Position numbers and translations under genes: made by a program. From Candidatus Micrarchaeota archaeon (GTDB lineage: Archaea > Micrarchaeota > Micrarchaeia > Anstonellales > Bilamarchaeaceae), in the NCBI GenBank assembly GCA_018304385.1, contig JAGVWJ010000004.1, forward strand, positions 1 to 49,453: a stretch of DNA of 49,453 nucleotides, given 5' to 3'. This document shows positions 27,031-37,630 of this stretch, one piece after another. Below the pieces are notes generated by a model that did not search any database, had not been told where the DNA came from, and saw only the letters and a list, made by a program, of their open reading frames with translations. The first letter of the stretch is position 1, and each line of letters begins with the position of its first letter.

Positions 27031-29619
27031 ATGGTCTCAGTAGTTGAACTAATCCGCGAACGCTTTAGCGAGCTTACAGAGATTCAGAAAATTGCTATTC
27101 CTAAAATATTAGCAGGCGAGCATACGCTAGTGCTAGCTGAGACTGGCGCTGGTAAAAGCGAGGCAGTCTGGCTACCTGTGCTTGAGAAAATAAAGGATAA
27201 GAAGGAAGGGATTCGCGCATTATATATTTCTCCGTTACGGGCATTAGGCAGAGACCAGTATGCAAGATTCAAATGGTGGTGCGAAAAATTAGGTGTGACA
27301 CATGCTGTGCGCACTGGTGATACTACACAAGCAGAAAGGGCAAAACATAGAAAAGATGCGCCGCAAATTCTAATTACCACGCCAGAAAGCCTACAGGCAT
27401 TGCTTATTGGACCAGTTATGAGGCAGCATTTGAAAAACATAGAATTCGTGATAATTGATGAAGTACATGATATTTTGGATAATAAACGCGGAACGCAATT
27501 AAGCCTAGGGCTCGAGCGCCTAGAACTTTTAGCACCAAATTTTCAAAGAATCGCAGTAAGCGCTACTGTTGCAGATGAGGAAGAAGCTGCAAAACTAGTT
27601 TTTGGCCAGCGAAACTATGGTATTGCTGAGATTGCCAAGGGAAGAAAAATGGATATATCAGTAGAATATATTACCAAGCAAGAAGAACGGATAAAACGAT
27701 TAAAAGAACTTTGCGAAGCGCATAAAACATTGTTATTTGTAAATACAAGAAGCACTGCAGAAGAGCTAGGTGCAGACTTGAAAAAAGTTGGTGCGCCAAT
27801 TGAAGTACATCATGGCTCGCTTTCAAAAGAAGTGCGCATTGCAGCAGAAGATAAATTTAAATCTGGCGAAATAAAATCGCTGCTCGCAACGAGCTCGCTC
27901 GAGTTAGGCATAGATATTGGAGATATTGATTTAGTAATCCAGTACGGCTCTCCACATCAGGCATTTAGATTAATACAAAGAATTGGCAGAAGTGGCCATA
28001 GCCTGCAAAAAACACCACGCGGCATTGTCATTGCAACTGATTTTGATGATTATCTGGAGGCAGAAGCCATATCAACACTTGCTTCGAGCATGTGGATTGA
28101 AAATAAAAATGCAGAACGTGCTGCGTATGATGTAATAGCGCACCAGATAATTGGTTTATGTTTTGATTTATGGGGGGTAGATGCAAAAAGTATACACAAC
28201 ACATTTGCAAAATCTTATGCATATAATATTTCTTTTGGAGCATTGAAAAAAATCCTATTACAATTATTCGCTGAGGGATTAATATTTTATGATGAGATAG
28301 ACGCGGGTCAAAATGCAAATATAAAACTAAAATCACGAGCACGCGAGTATTATTATTCTAATTTAACAACAATCCCAAAGGAAAGAAGATATGTAATGAA
28401 GGAAGCAGCAAGCAATAAAATAATTGCCAGCCTGGATGAAACATTTGTTATGAATCTTGAGAATAATACAAGCTTCTTGGCAAAGGGCTTACCATGGCAG
28501 ATAATAGATATAACAGAAAGCGAAGTGCTTGTAGAACCGAGCTCTGCATTAGATATCGCAATACCAGACTGGACTGGAGAGGACATACCTGTAAACCATA
28601 ATGTTGCGCAGGCAGTTGGCAAACTCCGCGCTTCTGGCAAGAGAAACATTTCTCCATTACCCGATGATAGAACAATTGTAATAGAGCTTGTTGAAGATGT
28701 ACTTGTTATACATGCATGCCTTGGGAGCAAAATAAATGAGACGCTCGCACGTGTATTTTCATATAAACTTTCAAACCTTATTGGCGAAAGCGTGCGGGCA
28801 ATTGCAGATGCATATCGTATTCTAGTTAAATTACCGTTTCCACTGGATCAAAAATATATTATGCAGGCATTTAGCAGCATAAAACATATTAGAAGCCAAC
28901 TAGAAATTAGCTTAGAGAATTCGTTTTTATTAAAATTGAAGTTTACACACGTTGCTAGACTTTTTGGATTGTTGGAAGAAAACGCGACAATAACACAAAG
29001 ATTTTTGCATGCAATGCGTAATAATATCGTTTATGAAGAAACGCTACGTACTATTTATTTTCATTATTTTGATGTCGATGGTGCACAAGATGTGATTGAT
29101 AAAATAGAAAAAAAAGAGATCGTTGTTGTTTTGGATAAGCGTGCGCAGCTTAGTTATTTTGCAAAACTAGGTATAGAAAAAACATCTGCAAAAGAAGCAG
29201 TAGGCGGTTTTGAGCCAAGGCAGGTGGCAATAGCTGCACTTAAAGAGCGCGTATTGTCAAAAACGCTTGAATTAAAATGCCTAAATTGTAATGCAACGAG
29301 ATTTTTGCATTTAGCTGGTGCACCTGAAAAAATTTCTTGCCATAAATGCAATGCACAGGCGCTAACTATAATAGAGAAAAACAAGACTCAGAATCCAGAA
29401 CCCACGACTCAAAACTCACAACTCAGAACTCATACTGCAGCGCTTATTCGAAATTACGGAAAGCAAGCGTTAATTGCATTATCAACATATGGCATTGGCC
29501 CTTATAATGCTGAACGCGTGCTTAAAAAATTACATAGAAATAAAGATGAGTTTTATCTTGATCTACTAGAAGCACAGAAGAATTTTATTAAGAATAAGAA
29601 ATACTGGCAGTTTGATTAG
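27031..29619 (+). CDS. Lhr-like SF2 DEAD/H helicase with C-terminal Zn ribbon
   Basis: AETGAGKS, IIDEVH, SAT, HHGSL, ATSSLELGIDIG, QRIGRSGH and CLNC...CHKC. Confidence 0.92.
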   Translation: MVSVVELIRERFSELTEIQKIAIPKILAGEHTLVLAETGAGKSEAVWLPVLEKIKDKKEGIRALYISPLRALGRDQYARFKWWCEKLGVTHAVRTGDTTQAERAKHRKDAPQILITTPESLQALLIGPVMRQHLKNIEFVIIDEVHDILDNKRGTQLSLGLERLELLAPNFQRIAVSATVADEEEAAKLVFGQRNYGIAEIAKGRKMDISVEYITKQEERIKRLKELCEAHKTLLFVNTRSTAEELGADLKKVGAPIEVHHGSLSKEVRIAAEDKFKSGEIKSLLATSSLELGIDIGDIDLVIQYGSPHQAFRLIQRIGRSGHSLQKTPRGIVIATDFDDYLEAEAISTLASSMWIENKNAERAAYDVIAHQIIGLCFDLWGVDAKSIHNTFAKSYAYNISFGALKKILLQLFAEGLIFYDEIDAGQNANIKLKSRAREYYYSNLTTIPKERRYVMKEAASNKIIASLDETFVMNLENNTSFLAKGLPWQIIDITESEVLVEPSSALDIAIPDWTGEDIPVNHNVAQAVGKLRASGKRNISPLPDDRTIVIELVEDVLVIHACLGSKINETLARVFSYKLSNLIGESVRAIADAYRILVKLPFPLDQKYIMQAFSSIKHIRSQLEISLENSFLLKLKFTHVARLFGLLEENATITQRFLHAMRNNIVYEETLRTIYFHYFDVDGAQDVIDKIEKKEIVVVLDKRAQLSYFAKLGIEKTSAKEAVGGFEPRQVAIAALKERVLSKTLELKCLNCNATRFLHLAGAPEKISCHKCNAQALTIIEKNKTQNPEPTTQNSQLRTHTAALIRNYGKQALIALSTYGIGPYNAERVLKKLHRNKDEFYLDLLEAQKNFIKNKKYWQFD
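29386..29434. repeat. Seven tandem ACTCANA-type heptamers inside the helicase CDS
   Basis: actcaga atccaga acccacg actcaaa actcaca actcaga actcata, encoding TQNPEPTTQNSQLRTH. Confidence 0.85.
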
Positions 29620-29649
29620 CATTATAAATTTTGCTGTGGTAACAGGTTC

Positions 29650-31419
29650 ATGAAAAAATTATTGATTCTGGTCTTTTTGGGATTGTTAGTAACTGCTGTT
29701 AGCGCTTTAACTGTTTATCAGGGCATTCCTAAAGTTTATAATGGCCACACGATTAGAGCATATAACATTACTTGTGGGAATATATTTAGTACAAAATATG
29801 CATTTGTTAGGGTAGATTCTGGGCCACTTACCCTAATCCATCTTAACAACACAATAAATGTTACGCCAAGTAGCAGACTAACATTTACTGATTTGAGATG
29901 CCGCTCTACAGTAAAACTTTCTTATATAGTGCTAACACCACCAACTAAAGCTAGAACTGAGGATGTGCATGAAGGTACTGCTGCATTCTCTGTTGAGGCA
30001 ACAGAACCAACGTCTACAGCAAGTGCAGCGAACAACTGTCCAAGCAGTGAAGAACTTGAAAAGAAGGCAGTGTCATGTAAAGAAGCAGGATACGGCTATG
30101 AATTCTATGAAAAAGAAGGGTGCAAATATGTACTTTGTAAACAACTCTCAGTCTGTCCAAGTGAAGAAGAACTAAACAAGCAGGTAATGAAATGTAAGGA
30201 CGCTGGCTTAGATTACAAGTATTATTATGATGAAAACAAATGTACGCAAGTAACATGTAGCCAAAGCACAGTTTATTCTTGTCCAAATGAAAAAGAGATA
30301 AACGAAAAAGTTGCTAAATGTAAAGATCAAGGACTAGATTATACATATAAAAAAGATGATAAAGGGTGTTCTCAAGTAGCATGCAGTAAAAAATCTTTCT
30401 GCCCAGAAAAAGAGGAATTAGAAAAACAGGCAATGGAATGCAAAAACAAAGGATATAGCTACAAGGAATATTACGATAACAATTGTAAGTATATCGAATG
30501 TTATAAGGAACAACCAACCTCTTGCCCAAGCAGTGAAGAACTAGAGAAACAGGCACTTACATGCAAAAGCAAAGGATATGATTATACCACTTATGCAGAT
30601 GCATTAGGATGCAAATATGTGAAATGCGGTGAATTAAAACCAGATGAACCGGTTCAATGCAAAAAAATAGTAGATGAAAAAGGATGCGTAAATGTTTACT
30701 GCACTGATGGATATAATTTCAACTCTTGCGTACAAGATCAGATATGCAAAGAAAAAAGACCAGAATGCAAGGTTTACAAAGAAGGCAATTGCATTTACAA
30801 GGTGTGCACTGATGGATACGAGGCTAAAGAATGTAAAGAAGAGAAAAAAGTAGAATGTAAAGCATATAAAGATGAAAAAACAGGATGTGAAATCAAGGAG
30901 TGCAGCGATGGCTATAAAGCAAAATATTGTCCTACGCCATCACCAGAATGCAAGGTTTACAAAGACGACAATGGATGTGCGGTAAAAGAATGTAATGATG
31001 GATATAAAGCAAAGGAATGCCCAACTGAGAAGAAGGACAAGGAAGTGGAGTGCAAGGTTTACAAAGATGAAAGCGGTTGCTTAAGAAAAACATGTACAAA
31101 TGGATTTGTTAGTGATTCGTGCGAACAGCAGAAAGTAAAATGTGAAGTCAGTAAGGATAACGAAGGCTGTGAAGTTAAAAAATGTAGTGATGGGTATGTT
31201 GCAAGAAACTGTCCATCGAAGGTAGAGAAAGAAGTTGAATGTAAAGTAATTGAAGAAGGTCCATGCACAATAAAGGTATGTACTGATGGTTATGCAGCGA
31301 AGGAGTGCCAATCAACAGCAACAGAAAAAGAAGTACAAAAAGCAAAAAACATACTTGATAAAATAATTGAAATAATTAAAGATAAAAAATTTGGAGATGC
31401 AGCAACTAGTACGGCATAG
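29650..31419 (+). CDS. Secreted Cys-rich tandem-repeat protein
   Basis: Signal peptide; five about 41-aa and seven about 31-aa repeats, each with four Cys. Confidence 0.85.
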   Translation: MKKLLILVFLGLLVTAVSALTVYQGIPKVYNGHTIRAYNITCGNIFSTKYAFVRVDSGPLTLIHLNNTINVTPSSRLTFTDLRCRSTVKLSYIVLTPPTKARTEDVHEGTAAFSVEATEPTSTASAANNCPSSEELEKKAVSCKEAGYGYEFYEKEGCKYVLCKQLSVCPSEEELNKQVMKCKDAGLDYKYYYDENKCTQVTCSQSTVYSCPNEKEINEKVAKCKDQGLDYTYKKDDKGCSQVACSKKSFCPEKEELEKQAMECKNKGYSYKEYYDNNCKYIECYKEQPTSCPSSEELEKQALTCKSKGYDYTTYADALGCKYVKCGELKPDEPVQCKKIVDEKGCVNVYCTDGYNFNSCVQDQICKEKRPECKVYKEGNCIYKVCTDGYEAKECKEEKKVECKAYKDEKTGCEIKECSDGYKAKYCPTPSPECKVYKDDNGCAVKECNDGYKAKECPTEKKDKEVECKVYKDESGCLRKTCTNGFVSDSCEQQKVKCEVSKDNEGCEVKKCSDGYVARNCPSKVEKEVECKVIEEGPCTIKVCTDGYAAKECQSTATEKEVQKAKNILDKIIEIIKDKKFGDAATSTA

Positions 31420-31474
31420 GTTAATGCCAACCTAATCTCTCCATTTTTTATTCTCTTTCTTTTTTATTTAGTTT

Positions 31475-31825
31475 ATGTACAAACAAGCAATAGTTATCAG
31501 AAAGGATCTCGGCATCTCTTCAGGCAAGCAGGCGGGCCAAGTATCACATGCCTCAGTTAGTGCATACGAAAAAACAAAAAAAACTAATCCTGAAATTGCA
31601 CAAGCATGGTTCACAGAAGGCCAGAAGAAAATAGTGCTTAAAGTACAAAACGAAAGCGAGCTGTTAGATTATTTTAACCAATGTAAGCGTGCGGGCATTC
31701 CCTGTGAACTAATTAGAGATGCTGGTCATACTCAACTAGAACCTAATACACTCACATGCTTTGGCGCTGGGCCTTGGGATGAAAAGGAAATTGATAAGAT
31801 ATTGGGGAAACTAAAACTATTATAA
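31475..31825 (+). CDS. pth2: Peptidyl-tRNA hydrolase 2
   Basis: KQAIVIRKDL, GKQAGQVSHA, GQKKIVLKV and IRDAGHTQ. Confidence 0.96.
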   Translation: MYKQAIVIRKDLGISSGKQAGQVSHASVSAYEKTKKTNPEIAQAWFTEGQKKIVLKVQNESELLDYFNQCKRAGIPCELIRDAGHTQLEPNTLTCFGAGPWDEKEIDKILGKLKLL

Positions 31826-32866
31826 TTATCTAAACGGCCTACTATTTCTTCTCATTGGTTTAAAATCAACTAGTGAATGTTTCAATCGCTCAAGTTCATA
31901 ACCATCCAATGCAGCGCATAAATCAACTTCTGTTAGTATGGCCGGATAGGCATAATTATCACTTATTGCTGATAAAGAATATGCAGCAGAAATAGAATTA
32001 TCAAAAATATTATCAAAATTCAAATCAGTGTGGCCTTCAGCCACATCTCTTGAATTTCCTGAAAATTCAAGAAATTCTATACGTAGAGGTAAATCATTAT
32101 CAGAAACCTTCATATAAGAGACATAAATATTATTTGCAAATTCTTCCAAGTCTTTTAGAATGGGTTGCCCTGCATGCGCATAACGCATAACACTTGTTCG
32201 CTCGCCTTTGTTTAATAAATGATCTAAAAATGCGCTATCATTACAATTTATATTATTAATGACATCGACGAATCTTCTACCGCGGGAATCTTTTATTATA
32301 CCGATAAGCAGAATATTTTTTTCTTTACACAAATTATAAAGTTTTTTATAAAGCATGATCAGTTCATTATACTCTTGAAAAACAGCACTATCATTGCTTG
32401 GTCTATCCTTTGCCAAAGGCAGTATTGAGCCATCTAATAACAGTATCGATGGCGAAAAGTTTTCAATAGCACTAATTGCCATTGATATTTCATTCTTTAA
32501 TCTAACAATAGAGCACCATACAGAAGATTCATGTTCATCTAATGCAGTTTTTACTTCTATTTCTGTCAAAGGCACCTTACTCGGATAGTAACTGCAAGAA
32601 ACCAGCTCTGAATCGTGATATAGAAAATTAACTGCAACTGTACGTAACAGTAAAATATCTACACCATGCATACTGTGCGAAAGCAAGCCACTATCTACTG
32701 CACAAACATTGCCATTAATTGGCAGTGCAGTTAGATTTTTTATCATAACGCCTTCTAGAAACTCTTCACTAGTAAAATTACTTGTGCGCAAGAGCATTGC
32801 ATTTTCTTTTAATTGATTGCCAAACTCTGTCATATGTCTAATCGCAGAAAAAAGCTTGTCGTGCAT
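31826..32866 (-). CDS. nurA: NurA family 5'-3' nuclease
   Basis: AVDSG, LLLDGSI, GIIKDS and YAYPAILTEVD motifs. Confidence 0.85.
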   Translation of the reverse strand: MHDKLFSAIRHMTEFGNQLKENAMLLRTSNFTSEEFLEGVMIKNLTALPINGNVCAVDSGLLSHSMHGVDILLLRTVAVNFLYHDSELVSCSYYPSKVPLTEIEVKTALDEHESSVWCSIVRLKNEISMAISAIENFSPSILLLDGSILPLAKDRPSNDSAVFQEYNELIMLYKKLYNLCKEKNILLIGIIKDSRGRRFVDVINNINCNDSAFLDHLLNKGERTSVMRYAHAGQPILKDLEEFANNIYVSYMKVSDNDLPLRIEFLEFSGNSRDVAEGHTDLNFDNIFDNSISAAYSLSAISDNYAYPAILTEVDLCAALDGYELERLKHSLVDFKPMRRNSRPFR

Positions 32867-32918
32867 GAGATAATTGAACCATAGCAAATATTAAAAATGA
32901 ATACCTGGGAATTAAAAC

Positions 32919-33599
32919 ATGACAAACAATAGAATCAAGAGCGGAATAGCTGGATTTGATGAATTAACTGGTGGAGGCATAGAAGAAAGAAGCGTTATCC
33001 TAATAAGAGGCGGAACTGGCACTGGAAAAACAATAATGTGTTTGCAATATTTATACACAGGCGCTGCTAAGTATAATGAACCATCTTTATTTCTAAGCTT
33101 TGCAGAGTCAAAGGAATCTATATATTCACATGGACTTAAATTTGGATGGGATTTAAAGGAATTAGAAAAAAAGAAAAAATTCACATTCGTAAGGTACGCG
33201 CCGCACGAGATAGTAAAGGTAATGGAAGAGGGTGGCGGAACAATAAGAGACACAATAGAAAGCATTGGCGCAAAGAGATTGGTGATTGATTCGTTAAGCG
33301 CATATGCACTGCTTTTTGAAAATGAATACAAGGCAAATCAAAGTATTCTTAACTTATTTGAGATGCTACATGCATGGAATTGCACAACACTAGTGACAAG
33401 TGAAAAACCTGTTGATCCTTATATTCTGGATTCAGAAAGATTGGGATTTCTTACTGATGGAATAATTAATCTATACTATTTGAGAAAAGACAATAGAAGA
33501 AAACGCTCACTGGAAGTATTAAAGATGAGAAATACTAATCACAGCGACAAGTTATTTAATTTTATGATAGGAAAAAATGGGGTAGCGATATTAAGATAG
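32919..33599 (+). CDS. Single-domain KaiC / RAD55-like ATPase
   Basis: IKSGIAGFDELTGGG, GGTGTGKT, RLVIDSL and LEVLKMR. Confidence 0.9.
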   Translation: MTNNRIKSGIAGFDELTGGGIEERSVILIRGGTGTGKTIMCLQYLYTGAAKYNEPSLFLSFAESKESIYSHGLKFGWDLKELEKKKKFTFVRYAPHEIVKVMEEGGGTIRDTIESIGAKRLVIDSLSAYALLFENEYKANQSILNLFEMLHAWNCTTLVTSEKPVDPYILDSERLGFLTDGIINLYYLRKDNRRKRSLEVLKMRNTNHSDKLFNFMIGKNGVAILR

Positions 33600-33610
33600 A
33601 TGGTAGTAAT

Positions 33611-35422
33611 ATGCAAACATTAAAGGCTCAGACAAGTACTGAATTTTTAGTTATTCTAGCAGTTTTATTTGCTATTTTTCTAGCCTTTTTATTATTATCA
33701 CAGCAAGAATTCGTTGGTGTTAATACTGCACGTATTGAACAGCAGGCAAGGAATACTATTGATTCACTTGGTGCAGCAGCAAAGGAGGTTTACTCACAGG
33801 GAGATGGCGCGCGCAAACGCGTTTATGTTGAAATACCAGGAGGATATAATTATACCAATTCTTCTGTAAGTAATAGAAGTATTTCGCTGCGCGTTCTTAA
33901 CAGCGATTTTGTAAATACATTTGATTTTGATGTTGTTGGCCAGCTGCCATCGTCATCTGGACCGCAATATATATGGGTTATAAGCGAGGGTACGCGCGTG
34001 CGCATTGGTATTTCATTACTTTCGCTAAACAAGCCATCAATAGTAGTAACCATGCTTCAGAATTCTACTGCAACAGATAATTTTGATGTACGTAATGTGT
34101 TTAGCAGCAATGTGAACGTTACTATTAACACTAGCTGGACTAGTACCGCGGTTACAATGTCGATTCCATCAACACCGATTACACTTACGCCAGGTACGAG
34201 TTATACTGTACCAATAACCTTTACATCAAATCCAAGTGCAGTTTCTGATGTTACATTCACTACTACTGTTGGGCCTGCAGGCTCATGGGTAGGTAGCTTA
34301 AGCGCGCTGCCAGCAATGGGTCCAGATACATGCCTATCAAAGATATTTACATTGTCAGTTCCAAATGGCACTGCACCTGGTAATAATACCGGAACAATAA
34401 CCGCTACGGGCGGCGGTGTGGCAAACGCAATTGATACAGTTGCATTAGCAATAACTGTTGGTGGAAATTTAAGTGATATACAAGGCCCACTTGTTTCAAA
34501 CATAGTGCGCATACCAAATAGGCCATTCGTTGGCGATCCAGTAACTATTCGTGCTTTATGTGATGATACTACACGAGGAAATAATAATATACTAAGAGGA
34601 GAAATATCAATGGATGGGGGCACCTGGAATATAATGAGCGCAACTGATGGTATTTACAATGCGCCTGCAGAAAATGTCAGCTATCAGTTCTATGGAATAA
34701 CATTTGGGCAGCACAATGCAACATTGCGCTGTACTGATATTCTTGGCAACGTTGGACCAAATGCAACACACACATTCAACATGATGAAGGAATTTTTATT
34801 TATTACAAAGGATTTAGGCCAAAGCGGGTCAGAGGCAGATTGGACAAACTGGCTAAACACACATTCTTCAAATGAAAGTTATGCCTGGAATAGAGATATT
34901 GTGCACAGAAATGTTGTTATTGACGCTGGTTTTGATATGAATAGGTATGCAACCGTTATTTTAGCAGAAGATGGAGTAACAGGTGGATCAACTGGGTCGA
35001 GCTTAGTGACAAAAATAATAAATTTTGTTGGTGCTGGCGGATCAGTTGTATTGGTTGATGAGGCATTAGATGAACCTGCAGAAGATCTTGGGATGGGAGG
35101 CAGTACTGGAAGCCATACTGAGTTATATACAACAATGCAGAACAATGCGAATTATATTACAGATGGACTACCGTGCTGTGGTATTCAATATAATATATTT
35201 ACAACTGCAACTAAGATATATCATATAAGAAATTATCCTGGAACGCTACTCAGTACAGATTATAATACAAGCAGTCATCTTACACACGCACAACTTGGCC
35301 AAAGCGGAAGATATGTTACATGGGGCCCAACTAGGCCTTATAGATTCAATGCTAATGGTAATTATCTTACAACACGCGTTTTTGATTTTGCGATAAACAT
35401 ATCTACTGTAGGCACGAGCTGA
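33611..35422 (+). CDS. Large pilin-like adhesin with class III signal peptide
   Basis: KA/QTSTEFLVIL followed by Thr/Ser/Asn-rich beta-sandwich-like sequence. Confidence 0.8.
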   Translation: MQTLKAQTSTEFLVILAVLFAIFLAFLLLSQQEFVGVNTARIEQQARNTIDSLGAAAKEVYSQGDGARKRVYVEIPGGYNYTNSSVSNRSISLRVLNSDFVNTFDFDVVGQLPSSSGPQYIWVISEGTRVRIGISLLSLNKPSIVVTMLQNSTATDNFDVRNVFSSNVNVTINTSWTSTAVTMSIPSTPITLTPGTSYTVPITFTSNPSAVSDVTFTTTVGPAGSWVGSLSALPAMGPDTCLSKIFTLSVPNGTAPGNNTGTITATGGGVANAIDTVALAITVGGNLSDIQGPLVSNIVRIPNRPFVGDPVTIRALCDDTTRGNNNILRGEISMDGGTWNIMSATDGIYNAPAENVSYQFYGITFGQHNATLRCTDILGNVGPNATHTFNMMKEFLFITKDLGQSGSEADWTNWLNTHSSNESYAWNRDIVHRNVVIDAGFDMNRYATVILAEDGVTGGSTGSSLVTKIINFVGAGGSVVLVDEALDEPAEDLGMGGSTGSHTELYTTMQNNANYITDGLPCCGIQYNIFTTATKIYHIRNYPGTLLSTDYNTSSHLTHAQLGQSGRYVTWGPTRPYRFNANGNYLTTRVFDFAINISTVGTS

Positions 35423-35426
35423 GGTT

Positions 35427-35801
35427 ATGCGGGCCCAGGTAAGCATTGAGATAGTAGTTATCCTAGTAGCACTAATAGTAACATTCACTGTTTTTATGAT
35501 ATTATACCAAAACCAAGCAACAAATTTACAACAAACACAGGATAAATTACAGGCAACTGACGTTGCATTTAAGATTGCAAATGCAATAAACTATGTATAT
35601 CTCGGCGGGGATGGATCTAGTTATAGCTTAGCGGTTGTTGCACCTAGAATAAATATAACTGCAGCAGGTAATTTTGTAACTGCTGAAAGAAATACAGTTT
35701 TCTTTCAGGCCCCATTAGTTGTGAACATAACCAATTACACGATCAATAATAGTGGTGAAATAAGAATAAGAAATGTAGGTGGAAATATTGTTATTAACTA
35801 A
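35427..35801 (+). CDS. Minor pilin-like protein
   Basis: RA/QVSIEIVVIL class III signal. Confidence 0.8.
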   Translation: MRAQVSIEIVVILVALIVTFTVFMILYQNQATNLQQTQDKLQATDVAFKIANAINYVYLGGDGSSYSLAVVAPRINITAAGNFVTAERNTVFFQAPLVVNITNYTINNSGEIRIRNVGGNIVIN

Positions 35802-36294
35802 AAAAGCACAGGTATTTACCATAGACTTTGTCTTAGCTTCTTTTATATTAATGATTATCATACTTACATTCTTATATTTATGGAACTTCTTAGGCGTAAG
35901 ATGGAATAATATAAACGAGTATAACAAGCAATATGCAATCGGATTATTTGCAACAGAATCACTAGTAACTAATGCGGGCAATCCACCTAGCTGGGAAAAT
36001 CTAGAAACAATAAATCAAAACACCAGCTTTGGCCTTGTTAATGAAAGAAATATAATAAACCAGCAAAAGTTGGATAGACTTAGAAATGTTTCTTTACAGA
36101 ATTATTCGCTTTTTAAGGAGCGCTTAGGTGCAACGAACTATGAGCTATTCATAAATGTTACAAACATGAACAGAAATGTCTCATTTTATGTGATGGGTAA
36201 TGCATCATTGCAGTTAAATGAAACTGTTGCATTTGACAGATTTATTTTTTTCAACGGATCAATTTCTATATTGAGGTTAGAAATATGGAAATGA
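35779..36294 (+). CDS. Minor pilin-like protein
   Basis: KKA/QVFTIDFVLAS. Confidence 0.75.
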   Translation: MEILLLTKKAQVFTIDFVLASFILMIIILTFLYLWNFLGVRWNNINEYNKQYAIGLFATESLVTNAGNPPSWENLETINQNTSFGLVNERNIINQQKLDRLRNVSLQNYSLFKERLGATNYELFINVTNMNRNVSFYVMGNASLQLNETVAFDRFIFFNGSISILRLEIWK

Positions 36295-36689
36295 AAAAAG
36301 CATTCTTACTTACTGTAGATGGAGTAATTGCACTTAGCATGTTACTAGTCATACTTGCAATTATAGTAAATCAGGTATTCCAACCAGAAGTGCCACGTGG
36401 CGCATATCTCAAACAGATTTCATTAGATACTTTGAAAGTACTTGATTATGATAACCGGATAGCTTCAGCAATTAATGGAAACACAACAAGTGCAAGAAGC
36501 GTGTTAGAGGCATTACCTATCAATATCTGCATGCAGCTAAATATAGAACATAGTTTGAACAGCACAAACATAACTGTTGCAAAGCCTGGCTGCGGAGGTT
36601 ATGGAAATCAATTACAAACAAGCTATCGAACAGTAACTGTTAGCGGAACTAGATATATTGTTAAGTTGGAGAGTTGGTTTAGAGGTTGA
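36291..36689 (+). CDS. Minor pilin-like protein
   Basis: MKKA/FLLTVDGVIAL. Confidence 0.7.
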   Translation: MKKAFLLTVDGVIALSMLLVILAIIVNQVFQPEVPRGAYLKQISLDTLKVLDYDNRIASAINGNTTSARSVLEALPINICMQLNIEHSLNSTNITVAKPGCGGYGNQLQTSYRTVTVSGTRYIVKLESWFRG

Positions 36690-36693
36690 AATA

Positions 36694-37533
36694 ATGAAAA
36701 ATGGCTTTATCACTTCAATAATTACGGTTAGCTTCTTAGCAATTCTAATACTCCTATGGCTATCTTTGCATAAGGCTGCAATAAACTTTGAAAGCAGCAT
36801 TACAGAACCACAACCATTAAGCTTTGTTGGATATTTTTTCGATAATGTATTTGAAGAAACGCGCAGGATAATCGGACCAAGTACTTTATTGTTTGAAGAA
36901 AGCAATACAACATTCAGGATTGTAATAGGCGATAGCATGGCTAAGGCAAACTTTACTACATCGCTCGCAAATTATAGAGCCTACGTGGAGACGAATTTCT
37001 CATCAAAACTACATGCTAATGCCTCTTTTAATACTACAAATATTACTGACGGAAGATATGAATTGCTAATAGATCGTTTTCAATATACGTTTAATTATAC
37101 AAACTCGAGCGCAGATAGTATTATGTTTGGTGCGAGCAGCGGGGCTGCAGGAATTACTAATTATGATATTAATGTAACAGTAACGAAATCGAGATTGGCA
37201 CGCGTTCCATTTACAAACAATCCGCTCGGTGATATAAACGTTACATTAATATATATTGATAACAGCGGTACAGTAACAGAAACGCGAACATTGCTCTCAA
37301 CAACATTATCAACTTCTAGCATAACATATACGGATAATTCTACTGTTGCAATAAACATCGGTAGCTCAAGCAACCCAGGCTTATTAGAGATAACCGATGG
37401 CAGTGCATCGCCAACATTTATATTTGTCGCTAGCTTTCCTTTATTAAATACAACAAGACTTTTAGCAAATTATAATGCATTGTTAAATTATACGCAAGGA
37501 GATATTACACGCGTGGGTTATGCACAGAGATAA
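36694..37533 (+). CDS. Pilin-like / exported protein
   Basis: MKNG/FITSIITVSFLAIL then Thr/Asn-rich domain. Confidence 0.7.
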   Translation: MKNGFITSIITVSFLAILILLWLSLHKAAINFESSITEPQPLSFVGYFFDNVFEETRRIIGPSTLLFEESNTTFRIVIGDSMAKANFTTSLANYRAYVETNFSSKLHANASFNTTNITDGRYELLIDRFQYTFNYTNSSADSIMFGASSGAAGITNYDINVTVTKSRLARVPFTNNPLGDINVTLIYIDNSGTVTETRTLLSTTLSTSSITYTDNSTVAINIGSSSNPGLLEITDGSASPTFIFVASFPLLNTTRLLANYNALLNYTQGDITRVGYAQR

Positions 37534-37545
37534 ATATTTATATTT

Positions 37546-37620
37546 GCCTTGAGCAATGAGCAATCAGCCATGGGCAAAACGCGTCTCGTGGCTCAGGGCT
37601 CAATGCACATAGCTGAAGGC
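37546..37620. repeat. Inverted 7-bp-period repeat hairpin (TGAGCAA-type)
   Basis: GC dinucleotide every 7 bp in each arm; 23 of 30 positions pair. Confidence 0.8.
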
Positions 37621-37630
37621 AGTAGATTTT

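Noticed and set aside
31831-31856. TAAACGGCC and TTCTCATT resembling the leader motif blocks
   Set aside because: These encode the NurA C-terminus (PMRRNSRPFR); order and orientation do not match the element
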